64,000 nt of DNA from Perkinsus chesapeaki ATCC PRA-425 (lineage: Eukaryota; Protista; Perkinsozoa), in the NCBI GenBank assembly GCA_013115145.1, contig JAAPAO010000017.1, positions 75,440-139,439 of the forward strand. The letters are read 5' to 3'. Positions within the stretch are counted from its first letter, which is position 1, and each line of letters starts with the position of its first letter. The notes below the pieces were generated by a model. The model worked only from the letters and a program-made list of their open reading frames with translations, was not told where the DNA came from and made no database searches. Shown in pieces: positions 1-13,724 of this stretch. Made by a program: the position numbers and the translations under genes.

Positions 1-273
1 GTACGTACTGTGTCCCAGTCTGTGTGGTAGATTGTACTAGGTAATAGAGATACCCTACAGATGTAGCGTTATCGGAACCGGGAAAGGTCAAAACACCTTC
101 CGAATTATACGAGGATATGTGTGAATGAACTCCCTCTATGCGACACCATAATTTCCGCCATAAACGGTTTCCATAGCTCTGTCAACTTCTCGACGCGCGA
201 AGATAGTATTTTGACTTTGCCTGATGTCCTTTCATGACATTCGAGGAAGGGTGGTTTGATTGGGTCGCCTCAG

Positions 274-3200
274 GGACGGACTGGTGCCAAAAGGAGAAAT
301 TCCAGGACAACTTCTGGACAGATTTCCAGACTAAACTGCCCACGGAATTGAAGTCCAAGATAAAGGATTTTAAGAAGTAAGTCGTGGGTTCGATCCCTGG
401 GGAGGGTATTTTATTCAGATGTGATTTCGAGCCAATCAAGAACTTCTTGGATAAACGTAGCGAAGCTAAGAAGGCTCGGACTAAGGAGGAGAAGGAGGCA
501 GAAAAGGAGAAGAAGCAACGGGAGGATCATCCCTATACCCATGTTATAGTGGACGATCTGAGGGAAAGGTAAACCCATGGACAGACGGCGATACTGGACG
601 CTGCCAGAGAAGGAACTTATTCTGGTGTGGGTGTTCGTAATGTTACAGTACGAATTAGTAATTCTCGAAGGTTATAAGAATTTGAGTGGCTGGTATGGGT
701 TCGAGTAGTTTAGACGTCGTTGTGGAGTCGTTGATTATGTGAGTTGAGAATATAATTAATAGGATATATTATACCGGCATTCCAGCTGCTCCTGCTCCTG
801 CTCCTGCTGCTGCTTCCATGGTATCTCAAATGGTATGGTATACAGTACGGGTATTAGTAGTCTGTTGAAGATAGGCTTGGTGATGGTGCGGATCAATTCG
901 TGTCTTGTGATAACTTAACACTCGGTGGTGGTGGTAAATTTTGATGAACGTCAACGGGAAGAATTGTGGAAATCGATTCGATGACAATTTGTGGGAAAAT
1001 CTGCTCTAGGCAAGGCTTTGTTTCGTTGTTTAGAGTTGGCAACTTCCGTGTGGAGCCACCTAATCTCTTCCGAGGTCGAGGAGACCATCCCAAGATGGGC
1101 AAGCTGAAGCAGTACATTATGCCAGAGGATGTCACCGTCAATTGTGCAGCTGACGCTCCGGCGCCGAGAGTAGACTTGGTAGCGAATATGTGAGTGTCAT
1201 GCCCTCGCTCATGCTCAGTGCCCAGTGCCGGGCCATGCCTACCGCGACGTTGTGCACGACCCTGCTGTTACATGGCTGGCGTGGTTCACTGATACTATCA
1301 ATAATCAATTCAAGTAAGAAACGGTAAGATATTCTTTATAGTGCGATTGATCGATGAAGATACGTATTCTTAAACGCTGCGAGTGGATTCAAGGGACAAA
1401 GTGATTGGCTGAAATACGAGAAGGCACGGAAACTAAAGAAGTGAAATAATAAATGGTGGGGTTAGTGTGTTGGAAGGCACGGTTGTTGCTGGCAGGTATA
1501 TTGGAGGTATTAGAGCTGATTATACGAAGAAGATGAAGTCAAGTGATAACGATGAGAAGCAGCTTGGTACGGCAGTGTACCTTATTGATAGGCTGGCATT
1601 GAGGGTAAGGAAGAGGTCGTCAGGAATAACACCTCCAAATGGGATCATTCGCTACCGTAGATCGACTTAACTCGGTTGAGCTCGGTGTTGCGGTAATTGG
1701 TCGGTAAGCCTGGCTTAACTATTCATATCTATTAAGGGGAATCCTGTTAGTGGCATACTGCTGCTGTTCAGGTTGGTAATGAGAAGAACACTGACGAGGA
1801 GGCGGATACTGTGGGCTGCTGTAAGGAATCTCTAATGCCTGCTTTCAACACAATTTACCATCTCAGGCAGCCTGCGAGTAGAGCACATGACATTCGAGCC
1901 TGATAATCAAATCACACTCGATTTCCTCGGCAAGGATTCCATCCGCTATTTCAATACTGTCCCCGTTGATGCGTAGGATTGGCTGGGAGGAGCGGCGAAC
2001 TGTTATTGCCTATGCCAGACTGGTTTATAAAAATCTGAAGTCGCTCACTAAGGGACGGAAGCCGGATGAGATGATATTCTCCATGGATCCCTCCAAGGTC
2101 AATGAGTACTTCAAGCAGTTTATGTCGGATCTCTCAGCGAAGGTTGGCAGGTTGATTCCCATCTGCCCTCGACCGTTGATGTTTCAGGTCTTTCGTACCT
2201 ATAATGCCTCGATTACGCTGGAGCAAGAACTGTGTAAGTAGACAGTTAAAAGGCTTCCTGGTTATCGAGCCGTGTATATATTTTACTTGGCACGTTGATT
2301 ATTCAGTAACCGTATGTACTTGCTCGTATCCTATAGTTACATATACAGCCCCTCACAATGAAATAGAATATTTCGTACTTTCAGTTCTCACTCAATCTTC
2401 AGTGTTGTAGCTTGAAATTCTAAGCAAGAGCAGTAGAATGAGAATCGAAACCGTGACACCAACGTTGTTGCATTCGATCATTTACTAGTTACTGCTATTA
2501 TCTACTAACATGCTTCCTATTGCTCGACGGTATACAGTGGAATCGGGTGGTATGTTAGTGTGGTCAGTGGTGTCTGCAGCAACTCGGTTTGTGTCATAAC
2601 CACGGTTCGGCAACAACATAAGATGCGCTGTACTAGGTTAAGCGCTGCCGTGGTGTCGGTTATTCTAGTTTGAAATATCTCACCATACAGAGAAATCTAT
2701 GCGTCTACCAATAGGCATGTCTCAGGCAAGTTTGATCCGAATGAGCATGATATTAGTGACCCTAGTGAGCTGGTGAAGTTCTATAACGATGCCAATAGAA
2801 GAGTCGCCATTTTGTGTAACCATCAGGTGAGCCACTATTACTTATATGCTGCACACTTGTCTGCTATTTAGAGAGCTCCACCGAAGCAACATGAGGCAGG
2901 AATGGAGAGGCTCAAAAAGAAGCTTAGCGATCAGGAGGTCGCTCGCCATACCGAATTCTTCTCTAATCGTGCCCGTCTTTATTAGGCAGTCCTACGGGGC
3001 CTGGAAGGTCTACGGGACGAAGAGCTTGGCAAGAGCGTCTCGAAGACAGTAAGCATCCCGTAGGAGCGTTGAGAAGAATGCCTGCCCGTTCAGGTTAAAG
3101 ATATCATTGCCGAGAAGAATCTTAAGTTCTCCAACATGGACGCGTTAGTTCGGAAGATTAAATCTCAGACTTTAGCAGGTAGGAATGCATTTCGGGCGAT

Positions 3201-3483
3201 GCTGAGGTGAAGCTGTCGCTTTAGTGGAGCGAACTAAGATTCAAATAGCGGACAAAGAAGACAATAAAACCGTGTCACTGACTACCTCCAAGATCAACTA
3301 TATGGACCCCAGGATATCTGTTGCCTTCTGCAAGTCCCTCGACTGCCCAATAGAGAAGGTGGGTCGACTAGTAAGAGAAAGAGCCTCTGTTGGATATTCG
3401 GCTTCGGTCTTCAGATATTTGCGAAGACTATTCGGAACAAGTTCCCATGGGCGATGCACACAAAGAGCTCGTGGAGGTTTTAG
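274..3483 (+). CDS. TOP1: DNA topoisomerase IB, multi-exon; the 5' exons were not resolved and probably begin at or before the window edge
   Basis: Spliced exons give [98 protein letters not shown] and the catalytic [10 protein letters not shown]. Stop TAG at 3481-3483. Confidence 0.96.
2344..2426 (+). mobile_element. Diverged MITE-like copy inside a TOP1 intron
   Basis: TA followed by cagcccctcacaatgaaatagaatatt...tcactcaatcttcagtgtt...tgaaattctaagca aligns along most of the 47343-47439 element (reverse strand). The right TIR is decayed. Confidence 0.65.
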
Positions 3484-3764
3484 ACAGTTGTTACGTGTCG
3501 TCGGAGATTACCATTGTTCTACTTCGCGGTCCGTTCTGCAAGCACTGCCCCATTGGTTTCTGACACCTCTAGCTGTGCAAGTCTATTGCTAACGTAAAAC
3601 ATTATGTGTTGTGTTGTTGCTTATATTACTAACGGGGACAATTCGTTGGTCTCGTGATGGCGCGGAACCGTGACGCATCCCATCCGATGTTTTGCGTGCT
3701 GGGGCGAGCCCGGGGGCTTCCGACTACATTCATACTTTTAGTAGTCGACTTTTTCCTGACGGAC

Positions 3765-6249
3765 ATGACCAGGGACAGACAGCCTGAACCCCTGAAACTG
3801 TCCGACCTTCGATCGGATCTTATTCGCCAAGAGGAGACTATCATTTTTGCTCTGATAGAAAGAGCCCAGTTCAAGCAGGTAGGGTGCGCCCTAACCACTC
3901 CACAGAGCTATTACCTTTCAGAATCTGTCGAACTATTCCCTATGTAACCAGATTGGTACATGCTCCAAGCTGGACTATTTCCTTACAGAGACCGAGAAGC
4001 TCCATTCTAGGTTCAGGAGATATGAGATGTTAGAAGAGCCCTTCACTAACCCCAAATTCGTATGTTTCATGCCACATTGCCGCCTGAGCCTCGAGCCTTT
4101 GCATATTCAGCTTCCCGCGCCCTTTTTCTCCGAAGCCCACGATGGTCCCCAAAGGATCGTCCCCAACACCATTAACGCCAATAGTCGGCTGAAATCGTAG
4201 GATTCTGAGAGTAGGTCTCGGTAACCAACTGTAGGTTCTACGTTAAGAATGTCATACCATTGATATGTCGGCCTGGAGAGGAGGAGGTGTCAGCGGCCTT
4301 GGGTACTCAACATTACTGTGTGCTGCTGTTGGGTGCAGCTGTCTCGGCTGAATAGGTGCATCGGTGGTTAGGGATGTGACAGCACTACAGGCTATGAGTA
4401 GAAGGATACACTATGGCAAACTGGTTGCTGAGGCCAAATTTCAGGCTAATACTCCACTGTAGGCAGTTCCCGCTCATGTCCTTCCGACAGTGTGAGGATG
4501 ATAAGGCCCCCTGTCGACTATTCAATAATATCTTTTCCTGGTCCATAGTAGCTCTAATGGCTCTTCGGTGAGGCTTCCATATTCGTACCACTAGCGATCA
4601 CCTCCAACTTCAATGCGAATGATGGTGTCCAAGCGAAGTCTGTTTCTTTAGATACTCTCAGTTGATTCGGGCGCAGGACGCTGACGGTCTCATGGATTTG
4701 CTCACGGACTCCGCCGTCGAAGAGAAGCTCCTGCAGAGAGTTCGCGAAAAAGCCCGGGCCTACGGCAGGGATATCCAGAACGGTAAGCTACTGGCTGGTG
4801 CTGGAAGGTATGGCTCTCAGGTGGGTCTGAGGTTGTAGTCGACGATTCTGCGCTGAAGGTAGATCCTGAGAATGTCGTCCTTGCTTACAGAGAGCTCATG
4901 ATACCCCTCACTAAGGAGGTCCAGGTTGGTTCGAGGTATCTTTGCGCATCCGGAAGAATTCGATCCTGCAGGTCGCCTACCTCCTTCGACGTCTAGATTC
5001 TTTGGTCATTGCAGTGACCGCTGGATGGGGAAGAGTGGCAGCTATGGAGTACACCATGGGAGACAGGGGGAGCATCAGTCCGCATGCCTCCGGTCGTGAT
5101 GCCAGTGCCGCTGAGCTCAAAGTCCACGAGTAGGAGGCCAGTGGAAGCTTCTTCGGTGTAATCCTTTTCAGCTCGGTGAAGAGCGTTTTTGATGATGTTG
5201 CTAGCGGCGCCGTTAGCTTCGGTGTGGTCCCCCTAGACAGCAGTGTTACAGGTACGCAGACGTTCAGTTCCGGAGGGGTCATATCATTTCAATGCAGGTG
5301 TCGAAATTCGGACGTTGGAAGCTTTGATGGATAGTCATAGGCAGAATGGAGCCAACCTGGTTATTAGCGACCAGCTGTCGCTGCGCCCCAGGTGCGAAAA
5401 CCATGGCAAGTTGTCGCGTGGTTAGTTGGCTGGTCAGTTACGCTGTTATATCCCATCCAAATGGAGGCAAGCCTGTACCTCTAACAAGAGCATCTGTGGT
5501 TATAACTACTAGCATGGCTTCTGAATACTGTAGAGCTGAAATCACTGCGGTGCCGGGCATCAAGACCAGACTGGTAGACTGCTACTTTGAAGCAGTTGAG
5601 AAGGTACCACAATTCCTGCTACTGACAGCAAGGCCCTCTCCCTCCTCAGCTCATAGAGGCTTTAAAGGACGACAAGAAGGCTGTGGCTATTATCCCGACA
5701 CCTTACCTATATAAAATGATGGAGATGTATGGCCACGAGTTCAAGTCGATCATCATACCCAATTCGGACCTTGGCAACATTAAGCTTCAGTAGATCACGC
5801 TTTTCGCCCCAACAAACAGAACAGTTCTCTCAGATTCGGTATCCTCCGTCGTCCACTGGCATATGGCCCCGCAACTGGCTCGGACCGCACTCTCATTGCT
5901 TTCAATGTCGATCACAGCCATGGTTCCCTGATGACCGCCTTGGACTGCTTTAGAGTATCACAAGTCAATCTGTCAAGTCTTCACTCATTCCCCGCTAGTA
6001 AGATCCCCTCCCGATTAGCCGCTCCAGTCGCCTACCCTCAGGCTCTGGCTTTGATTTCGTTGCCATCGCTGATGGTCATCCTGATGCCGAGGAAACTAGA
6101 CATGCCGTCGAGCTTTTGATGGGTGCCAGAACTGCTGCGGGCACTAAACCGAACTGGGCTAAAGTAAAGTCGCTTCGTGCGCGTGCGTGCAGTCGTTCTT
6201 GCATTCGCAGGTGCTGGGCTGCTTCCATGTCCCGGAGGAGGACCGATGA
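3765..6249 (+). CDS. Eukaryotic-type (ARO7/plant AroQ) chorismate mutase fused to prephenate-dehydratase-like and ACT domains, multi-exon
   Basis: CM motifs: LIRQEETIIFALIERAQF, SRRIHYGKLVAE, LTDSAVEEKLLQRV, LMIPLTKEVQVAYLLRRL. The frame continues into VFDDVASGAVSFGVVPLDSS (PDT-like), TLIAFNVDHSHGSLMTALDCF..VNLSSLHSFP (ACT-like) and terminal VLGCF. Confidence 0.88.
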
Positions 6250-6724
6250 GTGTGTCAGAAGGCGTATCTCTTTTGTTTGTTGTTTGTTGTAAAACTCGAC
6301 GTGTTTCTTATCGTCATGATATTATCCGGTGGTATAACACTAATGATATGAGTTTCATTTTTCACTGAGGCCGGCTCGAGCGTTGTTATTCTCATACCAC
6401 AAAAGAAAACTTGAACAAACTGAAATTACGGTTTTTATCTGTTAATAAATCACAGTGCATGTAAGAAACAGACACTGTCGGGCTTTGTGGGATTCGAATG
6501 GTCTACAAATACAATAGATTAGAACCCTCCCTCAATAATCGGGCCAACACTATAAGTTACGCAACACCCGTAGATATCTCATCTGACAACATCATCATTC
6601 ATGTCCGACCATAAACAGTTTAAGATGGTAAGGGATTAACACGTACACTCAGAAATGAGATGACATTAACAAAATGACGCCCAAAGCCTGCTGCTTCAAA
6701 ATGTCCACCGGACGTTGCGGCGGC

Positions 6725-9700
6725 TCAGCCTAATAGAACGAAGGAATCAACCTCCGTGTAGAAGGCATCGTCAGCGATGATGGACCAGTCTGAGAGAAAG
6801 CTCTACTGTCGAGAAGTGACAGGCTTCCTTACCATCATCGAACTCTGACTCATCTGTACCCCAATCCGAATCCTCGAAATCTAGCTCATCATCTGGCTCA
6901 CGGAGAGGCATGGGGATGGCCAACTTTCGGGGCTGAGATAAAAGGAAAAAATGGTATGAGTAATGTCTTGATAAGGTATACCTCGTAGATCTGAAGGTCA
7001 GTGCAGTAGGGTCTTGGGAGGGTTATAACAGCATCTTTACTCATAACTGGACGCTCGGTGATGATCTAAAGAATACCTCACAATCGCCACGGTTAACAAG
7101 CCTACCTTGGTAAGGCAATTAGAGCCGACATCTCTCATAGTCGGAGAACCTACCAGGAAATCACACGAATTCATCCATCGGTGCTGCAAGTTACCCTGGT
7201 GTTGTTCTTCTATGTCCCGATGGCGAACCTCAGGAGTCCAGACTTGCGAGGGACGAGAGCAGCCCTGGTGAAATGTTATTGTCATCTAACGCCAGTTGCC
7301 GCCTTACTTGATAAAGCTGTATGGTAGTGCAAGTCTGTGCAGCGTCGAGACGTTCGTCCCAATCGGCCATAGCCTTCCGTTCCCGAGTCGCTTCCATCTC
7401 CGAGAGCCACGCAGTCTGAAGCACGACAACTGCAGGGCAGTGACAAGGTACGGTCTACCATGGCCTCAAGCAGCTCTTTGCGCCGTCGCTGCGCCTCGAA
7501 ATTACCTGCGGAACTCACTTGGTAACCAGAAATGCATCGCTACCTCGACCAACCTTGGTTTCCTGCTGACTTTTCTATCTGGATCCGATTCAGCACCGGG
7601 GTCTGTCTAAGGGGCTCCTGAGCAATAACCTCTCACAGGCAAGCCTGGGCACGGCTCACCCTAGCCATCGAGGAGCAGGAAGCGGAAGAAGATCCGTACT
7701 CGGAGACTTCGGTGAGGCACTCAAGGCTGGTGTCCGGGTCATCGGGGTCGGTAGAAGCATCGAGGAAGATAGACTCATCCGATTCCAACGATAACTCGGA
7801 GACTATCTCATCGTCAAGCGTGAGTATTCTAGCCTCAGAGGAGCCCTCGACAGTAGAGGAGCACTCTGAGGTCAAGCCGCTCTCCCAAACCTCGAACGGA
7901 GGGGCGGCGTCTGAGATGGCAGCAGGCGGCTCCTCGGCAGATAGGAGATAGTCCGAAGTAGGCCAGCCGCCAATTGGTACCGGCGGAGCCTGAAAAAATA
8001 TCTTCAGTAAAGGTGACGCATGGTGTGGTACATTATAGGGAACCAGCTCCACACAAGGCACCCCTGAAGGGACATCTTCTACAGAGCTGCTGCTGCTGCT
8101 GTCCGGTAGCTGCTGACATGAGAACCTTAGCTGAGAGGCTGAGGGATGAAGGTGATCTCACCAATGGACGTCGTAGATCCTGAATCTCATCAGCCAGAGA
8201 GATGTAAGGGATGCCTGAGTCGTCTGTCTTAACTAGTTGCATAATCTCTAGCATGCTCCTTACCAGTCATGGTGTCCTCATAGTCGAAGTATCGAGGCTG
8301 ATCTCCTACCTCTTGCAGCCAAACCTCCTGACAGCTGACCGGTTAGCGACAAAGGTTCAAAGTCACATTCCCCAGCGTACCTGATATCGCCTCAGCTCTG
8401 CCTCTGTGATGCGGGGCTCCCAGTCGTCCGCGGTCCATGAGACCTGTTATAGGCAGCAGCTGCGACGATGGTCAAGGCCAGGTGTCTCACATTAGACACT
8501 GCGGATGATGCTTCTGTTGTCTTTTGCCTTTTCGTGACGTTGGAGTTAGGAATATCATCATCTTCATCGTCATCTTAACAAAAGGTTCCAAGAATCTTTC
8601 GGGTGCGTCACTGACGCGCTTACCTCCATTCTCCACCGCTTCCTCGATCCTTCTCTTGAAAATGGTAGGGCTTTTGCTGACAACGATCTGACAAGAACAG
8701 TACGACTATGTCGTCGGCCGTAGACATGCCTCATCCTCAGCCAGGTCGAAGGCCTCCATGCAGGTGAGGAGGTCCCTGAGGCTCAGCATGATACTGTAGA
8801 CGGGATTGATGGCCCATCTCATCGACTCGGAGGCGGATATCTGAAAACGAAGGGGGTGTCGGAAAGGGGCAGGCCAGGAAGTAAGTGACCAGTTTGTGGA
8901 CAGAAGTGAAGTTGAAACCAGAAGTTCTATGACTGAGTGGTGACAGAACTTCTGAAAAGGATAAGGTCTAGCAGCAGGACAGAGGCCTTGGTGGCTTACG
9001 GAGCTCGACGCCGACCTCAGGGCTAGCAATGGTGGCCGCGTGATGACTACCCACGGAACAGAAGAGCTGAGGAGGGCGTAGATAGGGGGTATATAGGGGA
9101 TCCTTACTGGAAGAAGAGGCTCATCGAGTCGAGGAAGAGGAGGAGATCTGCGTAGTGATGATGGTAGGCTGAGTGGTGCCTCAATTGGCATCTACATAGG
9201 GACACTAGGATACTATAGAGGGTCGGTGGCGAGCCTTACCTGATACTGGCATAGAGGAGGTCTAGGGAACCACATTTCGATGGTATCTTGAGTAGCGAGG
9301 GACGTCTCCTTCCTGAACGGGCGTCTGGATGATGGGACTAGCAGTTCTGTGGCACATACTTATCTTCTAGCTGCCTCTTAGGGGAGGCCTCAAACAAGCC
9401 GATCAGGTCGACGCTGATTTGTAAGCATTCAACCACTTCTATAAAGCAGCAGCTCACCTTGTAGCTGCTTGGCGAGTAGCATCCAGCATCTTGACAGCAG
9501 GCTCGGCAGATTGCCACCTTAATGGTGTCCAGAATTCCTCCATGTCGAAAGTAGGCAATGCGACTGGTGATGAATAATCCTCCTGAGGAATCTAGTGACG
9601 TTAGTTGGATGGAGCATGCTTCTACCTTGGATTCGTCTTGCTCTTTAGGACTATCTTTCAGAGGTATGGGAACCTTGGGGCGAGGGTAAGCCCTGAGATC

Positions 9701-10290
9701 TTTTATAGTCTCTGAAAGATATGTTTGAGGTCGGAAAGAAGCTACGTTGAAACTTACCTTCAAGAAGTTTGATGCAACCAGTGAGAGTCTCATGGTCAGG
9801 CAGATCGAAGTCTATAGAGTAGACTCTCGACATGGTTATCGACAAACTAATAACAACGTCTGAGAAGGGCAACTGCTAACAGCAAGATACCCCTGCATAG
9901 CAGTTCTCGTAACAAATGGCCTCGAATGGGTGGTAGTCAACATAAGACAGTTAGAAGCCTACTGGGGGCTTTCAAGGTTGCTATGAGATCACCAGTACCA
10001 AACAAGGAGAACAATAATTCTCTACCGGAGCGTTTGGAAACTCCTCAGCGCACGAAAAGGTTTTTATTGAAGACGTGATCAGCTTGGAGATGCCGTGGGA
10101 TGTGTAAAGCAAGTAATCCAACATAACCGCATCCCCCTAGCAGGGCTTCAAACAGTTCTGAAGGCTTAGGGACAAGTTTCCCCGTTCTCGAGACGACGTT
10201 CTGGAAAATAATCGGATCTTGCGCTGTCGTGCAACTTGCAGGAAACAACAATTTCGATTGTACCGATGGGAGAGTCATGGGTGGGCTGGA
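6725..10290 (-). CDS. Large multi-exon hypothetical protein (may be more than one gene)
   Basis: Chain of minus-strand open segments bounded by GT/AG signals, e.g. IITERPVMSKDAVITLPRPYCTDLQIYE and PMPLREPDDELDFEDSDWG, with Ser/acidic low-complexity tracts. No family recognised. Confidence 0.4.
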
Positions 10291-10634
10291 GCTCAAAATG
10301 ACAACCAAAAAGAGCCGGTTTCGTTGTGGGGATGTAGATGTTACTCGGAGCAAGGGTAGCGAATCGACCTGTGTCGAATCTTTCCTCGAAGTTCGTCAGT
10401 GTAGGCCTTTACGGTGCTTAGCCTATCGACGCTAGTTATATCGATACTTACAGCTTACATGTATTGTGAATTTCACAATGTGAACCATTATTGGGGATAC
10501 CTTAGGGGTGATTTGGCGGAAATATGGTATTATTAAATTCAGCACTAGAGGAACGGAGGCAATGTTGCGCCACGCTAGATATGTCGTTAAAAAGAGTTGT
10601 CGAGTATCTTACAGTAGTTGAGCTCAGCTTAAAG

Positions 10635-11899
10635 ATGCGTTTCAGCAAAAGGCTCGCTTTGGCGATGCAAGAGGGGACCTTGCCCTACCTCTCTCAGAAG
10701 ACAATAAAGCATCATTTAGTAGGCCTAGAGAAGCTGTCCAAGACCTATTCTAAACAAAATGTAAGGCGGGGGATGATAGTAATATAATTGTTATTAATAG
10801 GAAGTTATGGAAGAGGAGCCTATGGCCTCCTTGATATTTGTTAACACTGAGAGAGCTAGGTAATAGAGGAAAATACGGTATGGCTTGTATAGGTAGGTGT
10901 GGTAGGTATGGTATACCTCAGAGGGATGTTCTTTTAACTGTTGAGGAAATACGGTATCAAGATGGTGAGATGTTTAGTGTTATTGACCGAGATATTGAAT
11001 GTATTATGGGAGCTATAGAGGAGCTAGAGATGGGACTTATGCACGAGGTAATACACAGTGTGGGCGCTATTTTACGGTTTTTCTATCAGATTATGCAGTG
11101 GATATCCAATGCCAATGAAGGGGGGCTCATCCTAACAGAACGACAAGTGGAATGTGCTCCTCAGAAAAGTGGTCAGAAGCTAGCTCGGGCACTGGTAGTG
11201 GTAGATCTGGTTGTATTAGGTTGTGTGCTAGTTCCTCGTATTAGGTTGCTCATCACGTGAAATGCCTTGGTACCGAGGCCGCTTGCTCCTGGGTCGAGTC
11301 CTATATCCGAAGCTACTGCCACTTCCATGATAACCTTACGAAGCTTATGGACTATGTCGATGTTAACCTAGCGGGCTTTAGGAAGCTGCTGAAGAGGCAT
11401 GACAAGAATATCCCCAAGCTGTTCCACGCAAGGCAGACTCCTTTCCTAGGGTAAGGGCAGGAGGAGGAGGGTGGGGTGATGGGTTGATTAGGTTCCAGTC
11501 GATTGTCACCAGGGTCACCATGAAGCTCTTTGTGGTGTCGGTGAAGGTGCATACCTTGCTTAAACAAGCTATCGACGAGATCGACCTCCAGTCACAAAGT
11601 ACAGGCCCGTCGTCTGAGGTGGAGGCCCTCAGAGTTTTATTGGGTAAGCTATCACAGACGGCTCTTAGCTTCATGTGGCGGTTTCAGGGCCAGCACCGGT
11701 CCTAGGTGCAGAGACTGCTATGGTGGCCCATATAAGGTTTCCGAATCTCTTTGAGCCGGAAGTATCTGGATCAGACCCACAGCAACCTCAATACGAGCTG
11801 AGGGTGTGCAGTAGAGACTCGACCCCGGCAGCAGGACAGGAGACGTCGCATCATCATCGACATCACCAAGGTCATGCCCCCGCCGAGGCCTACAACTGA
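10635..11899 (+). CDS. Stand-alone SPX-domain protein, multi-exon
   Basis: N-terminal MRFSK..PYLSQKTIKH and the SPX C-terminal signature LMDYVDVNLAGFRKLLKRHDK. No EXS, MFS or VTC domain follows. Confidence 0.8.
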
Positions 11900-12183
11900 G
11901 AATCGTGGCGCGCAAGATGTTGATTATTATTGCTGCTGTTAAAGAGTAGTGCATGTTTTGGCCGTCTAGTAAGCGTGTAAGCTCTTTCGGGTACGCTACT
12001 ACTACAGGCCGTTGTTGTTGCTGATGCTGCTCCTCCGGGGCAGGCCATGACCTGCTGCTCGGGGCTGGGCCTTAGGAACGTAGCATAGATTCCGCACACT
12101 GCGGCGGATGGAGGCGTCAGTTGTGGTGTTGTTGAGTTCATCGGGTGATTGATTTTATCGGCAGTTTAATCTTCTTCACCAGC

Positions 12184-13724
12184 ATGACCACTACTACTGA
12201 AGACAGCACTGCCCCGGCTAAGGTGACTATTGAGGAGACCGCCAAGGTCACCGTTGAGGAGGGCACTCCTAAGGTGGACCTACCTGAGGGGGCCACTAAG
12301 CCACAGTCTGAGCCTATCGAGGATGATGGCAAAGACCACACTCCCACTGAAGACATGAACCGCCTCGTTCACTTTAATGCTTTGGAGCCTTCTCATGTTG
12401 GCACCATTAAGGACGTGTCAGCTGCTAACAAGCTGATTCAGAGGAAGTACGCTCCCAAGGACTTCCATTGGTCCAAGTCCGCTGAGATTCACAGGATTAG
12501 GAGGAAGCAGATCATTGAAGCGTAGACGCATTCACCGTCTCCATTTACGTAGCTCCTCTCCTCTTCAGCCATCCGGAGATCCTCAAGGTCCAAGGTGCTG
12601 ATAACAAGGGTGCCATCTTTGCCACTTGCACTGTGCTCATCCAGTTCATCATGTGCGTGGTGGTCCGTAACTGGTCCTGGCCATCGGTTATCTTCGCTAC
12701 CTGGGTAAGGTGGTGATGGTGATGTTGTAGTTAGCTTCATCACTTTTCTTCTTGATCAGCTTGTATCCGGCTTTATGGAGCATTCTATTGTTATGGGTGG
12801 TCACGAGCTGTCGCACGATATGTTCTTCAAGACCAGAATCTACAACAGGATATTTTCGTAAGTCATCACAGTACTTCCGTTTCGCGTCGTGTATTGCATA
12901 TATGTGATCTACTCAACCTCATAAATATCTTTATTGTATCATCATTGTCAGGCTCTTCCTTAATCTCCCCGTTGGTGTTGCTATGATGGCCACCTTCAGA
13001 AGGTATCATCTTGATCACCATACATCTCAAGGTGTCCCCGGTGTCGATGTCGATCTGCCCACCAGACTCGAGGCTAACTTGTTCCAGCATAAGTTCGGCA
13101 AGTTCTTCTGGGCTCTCAATCAGCCATTCTTCTATTCGTTGAGGCCCCTCTTTGTGCACCCCCTCCCCATGAACTTCTACGAGCTTGTCAACTGGTTGGT
13201 CCAGATCCCTTTTGATATCATCGTAGTCAAGTACCTCGGATGGAAGTCCTTTTTCTACCTTATCGGTGGTCTCTTCATGGGCTTGAGCATTTTCAACCCC
13301 ATCTCTGGTCACTTCATCGCCGAGCATTATGAGTTTGTGTACGGCCAGGAGACCTACAGCTACTACGGTCCTGCCAACTGGATTGTCTACAACGTTGGGT
13401 AAGTGCTACGCTCCGCCTATCCTTCCATCTTTTACTTTCAGTCTTCATAATGAGCATCATGACTTCCCTAACGTGGCTGGCTTCAATTTGTGGAAGGTGA
13501 AGGCTATTGCTCCCGAATGGTAAGAGGAAGCTTGCTTGTAATTACTGTCATTATATCGTTGCTATAGGTATGATATGCCCAGCTACACCTCCTGGTCCAA
13601 GGTCCTTTATCAGTTCATCACGGGCGAGAATCTTAATTTGTAGGCCACGACTCCACCAGGCTCCTTCTTCCCTTCACCTTCTTCTGTTGTTAGGTACTGC
13701 CGTGTTATGCGTAAGCATGCATAA
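12184..13724 (+). CDS. DEGS1: Sphingolipid delta-4 desaturase, paralog A, multi-exon
   Basis: FHWS..H..RRKQI, HPEI, His boxes HELSH, HLDHH and [28 protein letters not shown]. Final exon NLYCRVMRKHA*. Confidence 0.93.

Noticed and set aside
2438-2480. gagaatcgaa...caacgttg, faintly resembling antisense tRNA-Gly
   Set aside because: Too short and gapped to distinguish from chance.
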